Positions 15,762-29,255 of a DNA stretch of 64,000 nucleotides are shown in pieces. Position 1 is the first letter of the stretch; every line of letters begins with the position of its first letter. The notes under the pieces are model-generated. The model made no database searches. It saw only the letters and a program-made list of their open reading frames with translations, and was not told where the DNA came from. Source of the stretch: Octopus vulgaris (lineage: Eukaryota). The DNA lies in the NCBI GenBank assembly GCA_951406725.2, contig OX597836.1, positions 39,246,001 to 39,310,000 of the forward strand, in the 5' to 3' direction. The translations under genes and the position numbers were made by a program.

Positions 15762-15880
15762 ATAGAGAGAGAGAGAAAAAGAAAGAGAGACGGTGATGTA
15801 GATAAACCCGATTAGTCATGTTTTATATATAAACACACACACACACATGCACACACACACACACACACACACGCGCGCAC

Positions 15881-15931
<51 letters not shown>

Positions 15932-16191
15932 CATGTATATGCATATATACCACCACATCAGTATGAAAACAAATATTACTGCCGCAACTGAACTCCTACA
16001 ACATGGTAGTCATATTATCACCACCTCACCATCACCACTACCACCATCACCACCACCACCACTGCAAGCGCTGCTTCTTCGTTGCAATACAGCTTTGGAG
16101 CACTAAAACTTCCTTCGAAGCCAGCTGTGATCTTCCAGTGCTTAGCTCCATGCAGAAATCTGGACCTTATTTTCCCTTCATTAACTTATCC

Positions 16192-16427
16192 TATTTCTTT
16201 ACCCACCCACAAAGGGCTAAGCACAGAGAGGACAAACAAGGACAGACAAACGGGTTAAGTCGATTATATCGACCCCAGTGCGTAACTGGTACTTAATTTA
16301 TCGATCCCGAAAGGATGAAGTGCAAAGTCGACCTCGGCGGGATTTGAACTCAGAACGCAGCGGAGGACGAAATGCCGCTAAGCATTTCGTCCAGCGTGCT
16401 AACGATTCTGCCAGCTCGCCACCTTAA
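16192..16427 (-). mobile_element. SINE type B monomer
   Basis: Complete head-core-tail; flanked by direct repeat ATTAACTTATCCT. Confidence 0.9.
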
Positions 16428-17028
16428 ATTTATTAACTTATCCTGAGTTACCATTTTTCACATCAAAATCTCACATGGTACTGGCATGTATCCCGTTATA
16501 AATCCCTGTCCGAAACCGTTATCTAGGGATCAGTTGAAAGATGGTAAAGACGTGGTAGTCAAAGAATACTGTAGTACGACAAAATCAAGAACTGGACAGA
16601 TTTCAATAACGAGAGATCAATAGTGGTTACTGACTACCTGAGCGTCTTGAAGGGCATTCCAAACACTGGCTGTGCCACCATTCTCGAGAGAATGGTAGCA
16701 TACGAAATAATTTTGTTCTTTTTTAATATACATTTTTAATATACATACAGTTTTAGCCTCGTTGTGAAAGATACAAAAAGTATTTACACAGCAAGTTGTG
16801 TATATTTATGGCTAGTGAATGAAACCGATCCAACCATTTTAGATGCTGTCAGTCCTTCATTACAGAACAAAATATGTATATATGTATGTACGTATGTATG
16901 TATGTATGTATGTATATATGTATGTATGTATGTGTGTGTGTGTATGTATGTATGTATGTATGTATGTATGTATGTATGTATGTATGTATGCATGTATGTA
17001 TTTGTGTGCATGTATAAATTTGAAATGT

Positions 17029-17670
17029 GAAGTGCATGGCTCAGTGGTTTGAGCGTCAGGCTCACAACCATGAGGTATCGAGTTCGATTCCCAGACCGGA
17101 CTGTGTGTTGAGCTTTTGAGCAAAACACTTTATTTCACGTTGCTCCAGTTTACTCAGTAGTAGATATGAGCTGTGATGTCGCTGGTGCCTAGCTGTATCG
17201 GCCTTTGTCCTTTCCCTTGGATAACATCAGTGGCGTGGAGAGGGTAGGCTGGTATGCATAGGCGACTGCTGGTCTTCCACAAACAACTTTGCCCGGACTT
17301 GTGCCTAGGAGGGGTACATTCTTATTTCTTTATTGCCCACAAGGTGCTAAACATAACGGCAGACGAAATACCTATTTCTTTACTTCCCACAAGGGGCTAA
17401 ACACAGAGCGGACAAACAAGGACAGACATATGTATTAAGTCGATTACATCGACCCCAGTGCGTAACTGGAACTTAATTTATCGACCCCGAAAGGATGAAA
17501 GGCAAAGTCGACCCCAGCGGAATTTGAACTCAGAACGGAGCGGCAGCCGAAATACCGCTAAGCATTTCGCCCGGCGTGCTAACGGTTCTGCCAGCTCGCC
17601 GCCTTAAGGAGGGGTACATTCTAGATCCAATCCCACGGTTATTCATGACCGAAAGGGGTCTTTACCCATT
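17029..17670 (+). mobile_element. SINE type D (tRNA head plus CORE-like TTGAGCAAAACACTT..TTGCTCCAG), interrupted by a SINE B
   Basis: A-box TGGCTCAGTGG, B-box GAGTTCGATTCC; sequence resumes after the nested insertion. Confidence 0.75.
17323..17606 (-). mobile_element. SINE type B nested in SINE D
   Basis: 16-bp TSD AGGAGGGGTACATTCT at 17307-17322 and 17607-17622. Confidence 0.9.
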
Positions 17671-18341
17671 TTTTTTATAAATTAGAAACACAAGCAATCC
17701 TAGTAGCCACAGGATTAGATTCGAATCATTTCTCCTGGATTGGGAAACGAAATATGAACTATGAACATCTTCGCCAAAACGAAATATCAATGCGAAACAG
17801 TTTAAATAGTTCTGAGCTAGAACGGTTGTCATTATTACAGTTCCTCATTTGAAAATCATAACGTCGAAAGGTTAACGCGAATTTTCAAATACCAAATTAT
17901 TTTTTTGTTTTCTTTTGTTTTGTTTTTGTTGTTGTTGTTTTTTTTGTTTTTGCTTTTCTACGTTTTTGTTAAACATTTAAATTTGTAAATATTGATATCA
18001 AATTATTTATGCCTAAACTGTTCTACCAATATCTGTAACAATGCCGTGAGTCTATTTATTATATTTCGCTATCTCACACCCACACCTCAGAAAAAATATA
18101 TAAACAGAGTGTATTGATTGATGGAAACATTCGATTAGAGGTGTTCGATACATAAAACTAACTGTTATTTTTTTTCATAAGCTCTCTAATCGAATGTATA
18201 CATCAATCAATATAAACTGTCTATATTTTTGTGACTACATATATACATATATATATATTTATAGATAGATAAATAGATAGATAGATAGATGGAGAGATAG
18301 ATATCGATATGAAGACATATATACAGAGAAAGAAAGACGTG

Positions 18342-18381
<40 letters not shown>

Positions 18382-18395
18382 TGTATATATATATA

Positions 18396-18442
<47 letters not shown>

Positions 18443-18645
18443 GTACGCATAAATACAAACACATACGGACATACACACATATATACACATACATCTATTT
18501 ATACATCTTCACATATATATATATATATATTTACATATATATTCATAAATATACATATACATATTCATACATATATGCATACATATATATACACATGTAC
18601 ATACATATACATATATATATGTATATACATATATATATATGCATG

Positions 18646-18677
<32 letters not shown>

Positions 18678-18709
18678 TGTATACATATATATATGTGTGT
18701 GTGTGTGAA

Positions 18710-18793
<84 letters not shown>

Positions 18794-19369
18794 GCGATTG
18801 AAATCAGTAACAGTGACATGAGAAAGTTATTACTTGTTGTTTTTGAAATTTTTGTTTTTGTTGTTTTTATCTTTCTTTCTTTTTTTCTTTGCATTTCGGC
18901 AGCAGAGTAGCAACATCATCATTATCATCATCATCATCAATAACAATAACAACAACACCCGCAGCAGCATTCAGAAACGGCAACAACATCCAGAACAATA
19001 AGTCGAATATTGTAGACCGCAGTTTGGCATAAATGGCTGTATTGTTTGTCGAGAGATCTTGCAGCGATGCATTGTAGAGAAAGTGAATATATATTATCTC
19101 AACGCGATGAAAACAATAGGTACATATTACTATACGTTTTCTAATAATACACAAGACAAACGGACAGTCTGTCTGCCAGACGAATCGATAAGCAAACAAA
19201 CAGATAAAACAAAATGTCCTTGTCTGCTAACCATTGTCGAAACCTCTACATCAGAAATGGTCAACCTTTTTCGAGAAGCGAGCCGTAGGAGGCGTGGTTC
19301 ATCACCAGGCGGGCCACACATTCAAAATAATTTTTCGTTACTAGTGCTGCTGAGAAAGACTAGCTGGCT

Positions 19370-20245
19370 GCAGTGTCCTTCTGATTAATCTACGTGGTCG
19401 CTCGACCTGTTAAAAATAGCACCTAAATCTCCCTCAAAACATGCCCAGCTTGTCTTAACTATTTTCAGAAGGATTCGCAAGGCCGTCGTGTGCCCATGTC
19501 TAATCAGCGTGGTCGCTCACTTGCTAAAACTAGCATCTAAATCTCCTTCAAATCACGCCCAGCTTGTCTTCACGAAATTGAGAAAGATTCGCAGGCCTCC
19601 GTGTGTCCATGACTGGTTTACATGGTCACTCGACCCGCTAAAAGTAATATCTAAATCTCCCTCAAATCACGCCCAGCTTGTCTTCGCTAAATTGAGAAAT
19701 ATTCGCAAGGCCTCCGTGTGGTCATGACTGGTTTACATGGTCACTCGACCCGCTAAAAGTAATATCTAAATCTCCCTCAAATCACGCCCAGCTTGTCTTC
19801 GCTAAATTGAGAAAGATTCGCAGGCCTCCGTGTGTCCATGACTGGTTTACATGGTTTACATGGTTTACAATCTCCCTCAAATCACGCCCTACTTGTCTTA
19901 ACTAATTCCAGAAGGATTCGCAGGCCGTCGTGTGCCCATGTCTAATCAATGTGGTCGCTCACTTGCTAAAAATAGCATCTAAATCTCCTTCAAATCACAC
20001 CCAGCTTGTCTTCACTAAATTGAGAAAGATTCGCAGGCCTCCGGGTGTTCGTGACTGGTTTACATGGTCACTCGACCCGCTAAAAGTAATATCTAAATCA
20101 CCCTTAAATCACACCCTACTTGACTTAACTAAATTGAGAAAGACTCGCGGGCCATCATATGCCCATGACTGATCAACATAGTCGCTCGATTTGCAACAAC
20201 TAGCACCTAAATCTCTCTCACATTACGCCTTACTTTTCTTAGCTA
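19370..20245. repeat. Tandem array of ~114-bp units, about 8 copies
   Basis: CTAAATCTCC recurs at 19423, 19537, 19651, 19766 and 19979, with variants near 19868, 20093 and 20207. Confidence 0.9.
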
Positions 20246-21067
20246 AACAAGGATATATATGGCTGCGTTGTCCTCAGTATGCAAAGCGTTAAAAAAAGTT
20301 ATTTAAAAATGGTATCCTCTCAGACAGTTGAGCTTTTGATCTTAGGTCGACCTATCCAACGCTGAATAGATGCAATGTTAGGGCTAGCCTGAATGTTGTT
20401 GGGTTCCCAGTAGCGTTGCCCTAATTTTGCTCCGGCTTGCACAATGCAATCTTAATGTGACTCCGTACATATCCTATTTATTTTGTGTTCGAGATTTTAC
20501 TTTGACAGAACTTACATTTTTCTCGATGTATCTCTGCAGAAGATTGCCCTAATTTGTCTCTGTGATGCATCGATTTTTATACTGGTATCTGTAAGTAAGA
20601 AAATAACACCTTTCTTAGTTTTTCACATTGTTTCCTGTCATTTTATGGACTAGCACTATGACCTGGCAACGCCGGGTCATTGTGCTAGTGCATGCATATA
20701 CAGCTGCGGGCGTGCGCACATACACGCGAGTACTGTCCAAATCTCCGACCAATCACATACAGCTAGCTGGCATTCGATTGGCGTATCAAGTTTCGGGCAT
20801 TTTGATTGGGTTTTGGATAGAAAATTCATTAAAAAAGTCACTTCTATTGATTTTTTAATTTAATTCCGATTAGCACCATCAATAACTCCATATCTTTTAG
20901 TATCATCTTTAAGACATTACTAGCATTCTCTGACTATTTCCTATACCATTTACTTCCCATTCTTATTACCTACGAAAACACGTTTTGTTATCTAGTTTAC
21001 TAACTACATTTTATCGTAGTTCTGCAATGAATGCGTATCTTATCCTATTATTATCTTTTTAACCATA

Positions 21068-21490
21068 AGGCGGCAAGCTGGCAGAAACGTTAGCACCCCG
21101 GTTGAAATGCGTAACCGTATTTTGTCTGCTGTTACGTTCTGAGTTCAAATTCCACCAAGGTCGACTTTGCCTTTCATCCTTTCGGGGTCGATTAAATAAG
21201 TACCAGTTGCGCACTGGGGTCGATATAATCGACTTAATCCTGTTTGTCTGTCCTTGTTTGTCCCCTCTGTGTTTAGCCCTTGTGGGCAATAAAGAAATAA
21301 GAAACGTTAGCACACTGGACGAAATGCTGAACGGTATTTCGCCTGTCTCTACGTTCTGAGTTCAAATTCCGCCGAGATCGACTTTGCCTTTCATCCTTAA
21401 TTAAATACCAGTGAAACACTGGGCTCGATGTAGTTGATTAGTCTCCTCCCCAAAATTTCAGGCTTTATGTCTTTAGTTGAAAGGATTATT
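21068..21490 (+). mobile_element. SINE type B dimer carrying both tail variants
   Basis: First unit ends ..TTAGCCCTTGTGGGCAATAAAGAAATA, second ends ..GAAAGGATTATT. Confidence 0.85.
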
Positions 21491-22202
21491 AACTTGTTAG
21501 CCCTTTAGCAGCGTAATTTAATTTCTTAATCATTCCCTTAACGATGTAGATTATCTACCAAAATATTAAAATTGATATTTCCTGCTTCTGCAATATTTTT
21601 TAAGTATCTTCTTTAGATACAGTTTTCATATCCACCCTTATCTGATTCTTGCTCTATAAAAAGACATTTGATAAAATACGGGGAAAAAAATCAAGAAAAT
21701 GTGAAAAGTTTTTTTGCGCACATTTTTACTTGGGGTATTTCCGCTTCTCGACGCATAGGATGTTTTTCCAAAACCGTGGTATAAATCCGCTTTCTGCAGT
21801 TAACGGTAACAAAATGTTGATCCGATATATCCGCTTTTCTGCACTCAAAGTGACAATCGCATTTCAGTAGATTCAACATCTTTCCAAAAACACTATCCAC
21901 ATCTAAAACGATGCGGTCCATCAACCACAGATCAGAAAATCTCTCCCAGTAGTCGTTTATATTAAGTTATCGGAGTTTATTTCAGAGGGTTTTTCTCTTA
22001 ATCGCATCCATGGACAGAGAATAGAATATCAGAAAATGTAAAATATTGCATTGGCAGATCTAGAGTAGAAATGGTATGAAATTGCCGAGGTCATGAATAA
22101 AAACGAAAAGACTTTGACAAACCTGGCTGATTAATAGATTGATTGATTGACTGATTGACCGAACAATCGATTATTTAAATGGTTAAATGTTTACGAATTA
22201 AC

Positions 22203-22261
<59 letters not shown>

Positions 22262-22264
<3 letters not shown>

Positions 22265-22480
22265 TAACACTCCATGACCACAGCATTCGCTTGTTTGTTA
22301 CATCTATACCGTATGTGCTGGTCCATTGCTGGATAACGATAGGCTGGAGTCAGACCAGTATCTCTGAGCCTGCCGGGTGCAACACTGTCACCATTAAGGG
22401 CTTCAGTTTCCTTACCACCTTTATTCACAATATTTTGTTTTTTCATTGCGCTCATATGAGGTACCGATTATCAGGTTGCA
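22262..22480 (-). mobile_element. Possible 5' fragment of an R4/Dong-like ORF abutting (AAT)n
   Basis: Ends in ..ANAVVMECY, reminiscent of the N-terminal motif of this clade; weak. Confidence 0.3.
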
Positions 22481-23099
22481 ACTTTTAGCTCACTGCTACT
22501 TTCTTTCTTTCTTTTTTATATATTCATTTGTGGTTTTTCATTTAAACTTAAGAAAACCAAAGCACCGAACGAATGTGTCATTGTATTCGGCATGAAAACA
22601 AAAGAAAATAAACAAAATAACAAAAGAAAATAGTGGCTAGAATTCTAAATAATTTATTAAGACAGGCTTTCTCGATTGGAAATATGGTGTTAAGTATAAT
22701 ACGGAATTGTGACTATTCAATCATTCAAGAAGGAATATGCCTGTACTTTCCATTACCAGCGAAGCTTATGCGCCTTGGCCTCTGTTTTATGATTAACGGC
22801 ACTGCAATAGATTTTCCAAAGGCATGATATCCACACATGACCCTATTGCCAGGGAGCAGATAAGGGAAGGACACCCAGAACGAAAAGTATTTACATCAAG
22901 ATGTTCAGACTATTTGTTTCTATCTATAATAGCATCAGTAGTCAAAGAAATAACGCAACGAATGTTCAGGTCAGGCTCTTTGACATTAATTGTTGATTAA
23001 ATAATGGATATTTTAAAAAATAAAGAGCTGTTACCTCTTCTGTGCAACATTTTTGACATCTGTGAAGAATTTTGCGTATTGCGTTGATGTCCAATGCCT

Positions 23100-23516
23100 C
23101 ATTTACTCATTCACTCATTTACTTGTTTCAGTCATTTGACTGTGGCCATGCTGGAGCACCGCTTTTAGTCGAGCAAATCGACCCCAGGGCTTATTCTTTG
23201 TAAGCCTAGTACTTATTCTATCGGTCTCTTTTGCCGAACCGCTAAGATACGGGGAGGTATACACACCAGCATCGGTTGTCAAGCGATGTTGGGGGGGGAC
23301 AAACACAGACACACAAATATATACACACACATACATATATATATACATATATACGACGGGCTTCTTTCAGTTTCCGTCTACCAAATCCACTCACAAGGCT
23401 TTGGTCGGCCCGAGACTATAGTAGAAGACACTACCCAAGGTGCCACGCAGTGGGACTGAACCCGGAACCATGTGGCTGGTAAGCAAACTACTTACCACAC
23501 AGCCACTCCTACGCCT
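23100..23516 (-). mobile_element. SINE type A, full length
   Basis: Near-identical to 42999-43420 in reverse; flanked by ~54-bp direct repeats. Confidence 0.9.
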
Positions 23517-23889
23517 ATGCAATATTTTTCACATCTGTGAAGAATTTTGTGTATTGCATTGATGTCCAATGGCTGTCAATATTATGTTTGTAAGGTGGGA
23601 GATTTTTCCTGTTTACACCATACTTTCTGAAATACAAATCGATATAATATATAGTGTAAACATGTAGTGTAAACATGTAATGTAAACCTTCAAACATTTT
23701 TACTGTCTTTCCAAATCTTGCTTCATTTCACGTGGAATTTTTGGTCCTACAAAGTTGTTTTAGTGTATAAGTCGACCCTTTTTTTTTTTTTTTTTTTTGT
23801 CTTTTTACTGCAAATTTTGGTCTGAAGAATTCGAACGGTATGCCGGAAGATACGGTATGTCAATTGTCTAGATATACATATTTCACGCG

Positions 23890-24085
23890 AGCGCGCACGT
23901 ACACACACAAACACACACACACACATACACACACACACACGTACACATAGACACGCACACATACACATACATACATACATACATACATACATAAACATGC
24001 AAATCTGCACATATACATACATAAGCATAGAAATCTGCATATGTACATACATAAACATACAAATGCACATATACATACTCACACA

Positions 24086-24118
<33 letters not shown>

Positions 24119-24345
24119 GCATACATACATACATACATTCATGCATACATACATATATACATGCATACATACATACATACATACATACACACATACAAGC
24201 ATACATACATACACTCACACATACATGCATACATACATACATATATGCATACATACATACATTCATGCATACATACATATACATGCATACATACACATAC
24301 ACACATACATGCATACATACATACACACACGCATACATACATACA

Positions 24346-24379
<34 letters not shown>

Positions 24380-24642
24380 CATGCATACATACATACATGC
24401 ATACATACACATACACACATACATGCATACATACATACACACACGCATACATACATACATACATACATGCATACATACACATACACACATACATACATAC
24501 ATACATACATACATACATACATACATACACACACGCATACATACATACATACATACATTCATGCATACATACACATACACACATACATGCATACATACAT
24601 ACACACACGCATACATGCACACATACATACATACATACATAC
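23890..24642. repeat. (CATA)n/(CA)n compound microsatellite
   Basis: Direct reading. Confidence 0.93.
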
Positions 24643-24746
24643 CCACCCGGTTGATTTTGAAATTCTAATGAAGAAGCTTCGGATCTAGGTTAGAAATCTT
24701 GAAATATAACTGAATAATGACATACATACATACAGACACACATATA

Positions 24747-24955
24747 TATTTCCTTACTGCCCACAAGGGGCTAAACATAAAGGGGACAAACAAAGGTCAG
24801 ACCCCAGTGCATAACTGGTACTTAATTTATCGACCCTGAAAGGATGAAAGGCAAAGTCGACATCGGCGGAATTTGAACTCAGAACGTAACGACAGACGAA
24901 ATGCCGCTAAGCATTTCGCCCGGCGCGCTAACGTTTCTGCCAGCTCGCCGCCTTA
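24747..24955 (-). mobile_element. SINE type B with internal deletion
   Basis: Head, core and tail motifs on minus strand. Confidence 0.85.
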
Positions 24956-26247
24956 TGTGTATATACACATATATGTGTATACATACACATATATACACAC
25001 GCACACACGAGCACGCATATAGGAAAATTCTTGAATCTAAGATCAAGGAAACAAGAAATACGAAATAAAGAGAACTATAGGCCAAACGGTCGTACTTTAT
25101 TAGTTTAAGGCTTTGGCAAAGAAACTCCGCTGTTTCTACTTCTTTAGCTTTTGAATAGAAGATACTTGTCCAAAATTCTGTGCAATCAACCCAAACACGG
25201 AACCATGTGGTTGCGAAATAAAAACAACTCATAGAATTATTTGGCTTCCACCATGTTGCGTAAGCTGTTATTTCCAAGTCTTGATATATCTATGGCTGTT
25301 GTCTGATTAGAATTTATGATACAATACGCTGTCTTCTGGAATTTAACAAATCCTCTTGTTCCATCCATCTAACTTGAATAATTTGTCTTGTGTCGGCCTT
25401 CGGGAAACCAAAGAGAGATTGCTACTTTTAGCTCACTGCTACTTTCTTTCTTTTCTTATCTATTTATTTGCGGTTTTCATTTAAACTTAAAGAAACAAAG
25501 AACACCGAACGAATGTTTCCTTGTATTCGGTATAAAAACAAAAGAAAATAAACAAAATAACAAAAGAAAATAGTGGCTAGAATTCTCACAGAAATCCTTA
25601 AATCATCATCACACTTAATTAATGGTGTATTTATTCTACTCTTTCAATGTCAGAATAGTCTGATTTGCAGGAAAAAAAATACCATTTGGCTAAGTTTTGG
25701 CAGAGAACAAAAGAAGAAAAAACAAAGCAGAGTATTTGAAGTTTTACTGTGCGTGCTGAAGATTCTCAAACTTGCTGGGGAGCCTCTATGTGGTCGCTTG
25801 TCATGCTAGAGGTAGCAGACAAAAATCTCTCAAATTTTATCTCACTGTCTTAGTAAAAATAAGGATACATTTGATAATGTAATATGTCTGAAAAAATATA
25901 TAACGGTCACTGCTGGAATTGTGGAATCCTTGATAAATGTTTACTCGTTAAGGCAAACTTGTTGGACTTAATCTATCGCCTGTTTTCACGCCATTACGTA
26001 ACTTTTGGTTACCTTTCAGCGTAGTTCACTCAGCTGCTGGGATTCAGGCGGGGACGCTGATCTGTGATTCTTGCCAGCAGTAACGGAAAGGAGCAGGAGA
26101 TACATGGTGCAATATGTGTTACTATGACTCTTCTGATTAATCCAGACAAAAACCCCGAAAAATAATCTTACAGGATGGTCGGGAAGATATCTTGAAGTGT
26201 TGGTGATAGTAGATTTTCGTCCTTCAACGCGGAGGATTGACTTGTTC

Positions 26248-26697
26248 TTATTTCTTTACAGCTCACAGAGGGGACAAACAAGGAACGACAAACGGATTAA
26301 GTCGATTTTATCGACCCCGGTGTGTAACTGGTACTTATTTAATCGACCCGGAAAGGATGAAAGGCAAAGTCGACTTCGGCGGATCTTGAACTCAGAACGT
26401 AACGGCAGACGAAATACCTATTTCTTTACTACCCACAAGGGGCTAAACACAGAGGGGACAAACAAGGACAGACAAACAGATTAAGTCGATTATATCGACT
26501 CCAGTTCGTAACTGGTACTTAATTTATCGACCCCGAAAGGATGAAAGGCAAAGTCGACCTCAATGGAATTTGAACTCAGAACGTATGCCCGAGGCTATAG
26601 TAGAAGACACTTGCCCAAGGTGCCACGCAGTGGGACTGAACCCGGAACCTTGTGGTTGCTAAGCAAGCTACTTACTACACAGCCACTCCTGCGCCTA
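26248..26697 (-). mobile_element. Chimeric SINE: type A head joined to two type B core-tail units
   Basis: 26587-26697 is an A head; 26248-26585 is two B units with the standard multimer junction. Confidence 0.8.
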
Positions 26698-27332
26698 AAA
26701 CTAGCACTAGCGGTATTTAAACCCCAGCACGACGGTCACAGTAAACGTTTTTTTCCCGTACTCCTACGGATTCTGTCATTACCATCAACACCACCGCCGC
26801 CACCCCCACAAACTAACAAATAAAACATAAAATCGAGTGGGCTTGGCTAAAAGCATTTGAGGACCGAGTGGTGGCGTTAGACAGGGCGACGGATTATGCC
26901 TGCTGTTCTTTGACTTTGAATCAGCTCAAACAGAATAACGTTATATATTATGAGTTGCTTATAACATTGTTCACAGTAGAAATGGCTGAATCGAAATGTA
27001 ATTTAGATTAAGTGAAGTGACAGCATCTTCCTCGCTTGACTAAACTATGTGCTTCACCTTAGTTTAATATCTCGTATCACAGCAAGCAACAACAACAACA
27101 ACAACAACAGCAAGAGCAGCAACAACGGCAATAACAACAACAACAACAACAACAACAACAACGACATCAGCATCAACTGAACGTTATACAACCTCTTGGT
27201 TGCGTGATCTGATTTCAGAATACAGCATATCCGATAATTATTGTTATTATTCTGGTGGATGTGGTTACTGGAAGGAAGAGGAGGAGGAGGAAGAAGAGGA
27301 AGAGGAGAAGGAGTAAGAGGAGTTAGAATATC

Positions 27333-27490
27333 AGGCGCAGGCCTATTTGTCGTGTAAGAAGTTTGCTTCCGGGTACCGTCTCATTGCGTGGAACCTTGAG
27401 CAAGTAACTTCTAATACAGTCTGAAGCTGACGAAAGTATTGTGAGCGAATTTGTCGAATGGAAACTGAAGAAAGTCCGTTGTGTACATAT
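27333..27490 (+). mobile_element. SINE type A, diverged 5' half
   Basis: GGCGCAGG..ACCTTGAGCAAGT..GAAACTGAAGAAAGTCCG. Confidence 0.65.
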
Positions 27491-27508
27491 ATGTTTTGTG
27501 TGCGTGTT

Positions 27509-27547
<39 letters not shown>

Positions 27548-27670
27548 GTAAATCAAAATTAAAAACAGAAACAGGAAAAACAAAAACAACGAAAATCAAA
27601 AGGACATACACGGTGAAAGTATTAGATTGACGCTTAGAGAACGTTTAAGATAAAGAAAGATGGAAGTGGG

Positions 27671-27700
27671 TAACGTTTCGAACATGGCCCTTCGTCAGAC
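27671..27700 (-). ncRNA. Minimal type I hammerhead-like motif, weak stem I
   Basis: Minus strand: GT CTGACGA A GGGC CAT GTTC GAAAC GTT AC. Confidence 0.5.
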
Positions 27701-28017
27701 ATAGGAAAGAGGGAAAATCCGGAGAGAAGTAAAATGGTAGTTCGAGAAAAGCACGTGCATCGTGTATGCTTGTATGCATGTGCGTGCGCGTGCGCGTGCG
27801 TGTTGGACTTAAATAAACCTTTCGATGTGATACCCTAGCATGGCCACAGTCCAGTGACTACAATAAATAAAGAAAAGAAAAGACTATACTTTAACTCTAT
27901 TGATATCATTGTCCTCTCTTACTCTCTTTCCCTCACCCACCTGTCTGTTTCTCTCTCTTTCTCTCTCACTCTCTCTTTGTCTCTTTCTCTCTCTCTCTCT
28001 CTCTCTCTGTGTCTCCC

Positions 28018-28890
28018 CCTTTATCTGAGAAAGACCTGACCCGCCTGTTCAGGACAACTTTCGGGCCGAAACCTATAGACAATCACCAAAGATCCCTGGC
28101 CTGGCAGTGCTATCGAGAAGCATTACCTGTTCGGGATAAGCTCTACAGGCACGGTTCGAGATACACAGGACCGATTTGCCCGAGATGCAGTCGGAGCGAC
28201 GAAACCGTTCTGCACGCACTCGTGCAGTGTCCAACCATTTCGGTTGTGGGCTTATGCCGAGTAGCTGCTGTCACGTGTGGGACGAGTCCACTTGTCGGCC
28301 GAGTCTATCGTGCATTTCGCTCCACCGGGAAGGCAAGGCAGTTTTCATCGTACTGGTGGCTATGGTGAAAGAATGTGTGTGGTGGACTCGAGCGAAAGGA
28401 TTAGAGACAAACACTTACCTCTCTGGCCAATCGCTCATCAACTTTTTCAAGTACCACTTGAAAAGGAAGGTGAGAATGGAGAGGCAGGTTTTGTCTCGTG
28501 AAAGTTTCAAAAAAAGGTGGGTGAATGTAGCAAAGATGGTGCGTGCGAGTGACGAAACCACTTTGAGCATGATCCTGTAAATCGTAAAAGAGAGAGAGAG
28601 AGAGAGCACTTTGCTCTCATGTGTTTAATTCCTCCCTGTCTGAGGTTACTGTGGTCTTTTCTGTAGGCTTTTCTTCCCACGGATGAACCTAATCTTGTTT
28701 GTTATTTAAAAAAGATTTTCCTTTCTGTGATACACGGTTCCTTTTGATCCCTTTTTTTTTCCCGATCCCTTTTGATCGAAATTTTACATTTGTTTCCTTT
28801 TTTTCTTTTTCTTTTTCCATCTTCAAAAAGAAAAGCTCTACATTTGTATTTGTCCCCTCTGTGTCCAGCCCGGTGTTCTAATAAAGAAAG
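28018..28890 (+). mobile_element. 5'-truncated Tx1/L1-clade LINE: ORF2 C-terminal zf-RVT region and 3' UTR, frameshifted
   Basis: AWQCYREALPVRDKL..CPRCSRSDETVLHALVQC (CX2CX8HX4C), VWWTR, stop at 28580, AATAAAG end followed by (TCTA)n; (TC)n upstream. Confidence 0.85.
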
Positions 28891-28928
28891 TTATCTATCT
28901 ATCTATCTGTTCATCCATCTATCTATCC

Positions 28929-28999
<71 letters not shown>

Positions 29000-29015
29000 A
29001 TCCATCTATCCATCC

Positions 29016-29059
<44 letters not shown>

Positions 29060-29081
29060 GTCTGTCTGTCTGTCTGTCTGT

Positions 29082-29255
29082 CTGTGATACATGGTTCCTT
29101 TTGATCGCTAGTTTTTCCCGATCCCTTTTGATCGAAATTTCACACCTGTTTCCCTTTTTTTTTCTTTTTCTTTTTCCATCTTCGAAAAGAAAAGCTCTAC
29201 ATTTCTATTTGTCCCCTCTGTGTCCAGCCCTGTGTGGCTAATAAAGAAAATTATC
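29082..29255 (+). mobile_element. Second copy of the last ~170 bp of the Tx1-like 3' UTR
   Basis: Aligns to ~28724-28895. Confidence 0.85.

Noticed and set aside
19250-19310. C/D-box snoRNA candidate on minus strand (GTGATGA...CTGA)
   Set aside because: Only ~55 nt, no convincing terminal stem or recognisable guide, and such motifs arise by chance.
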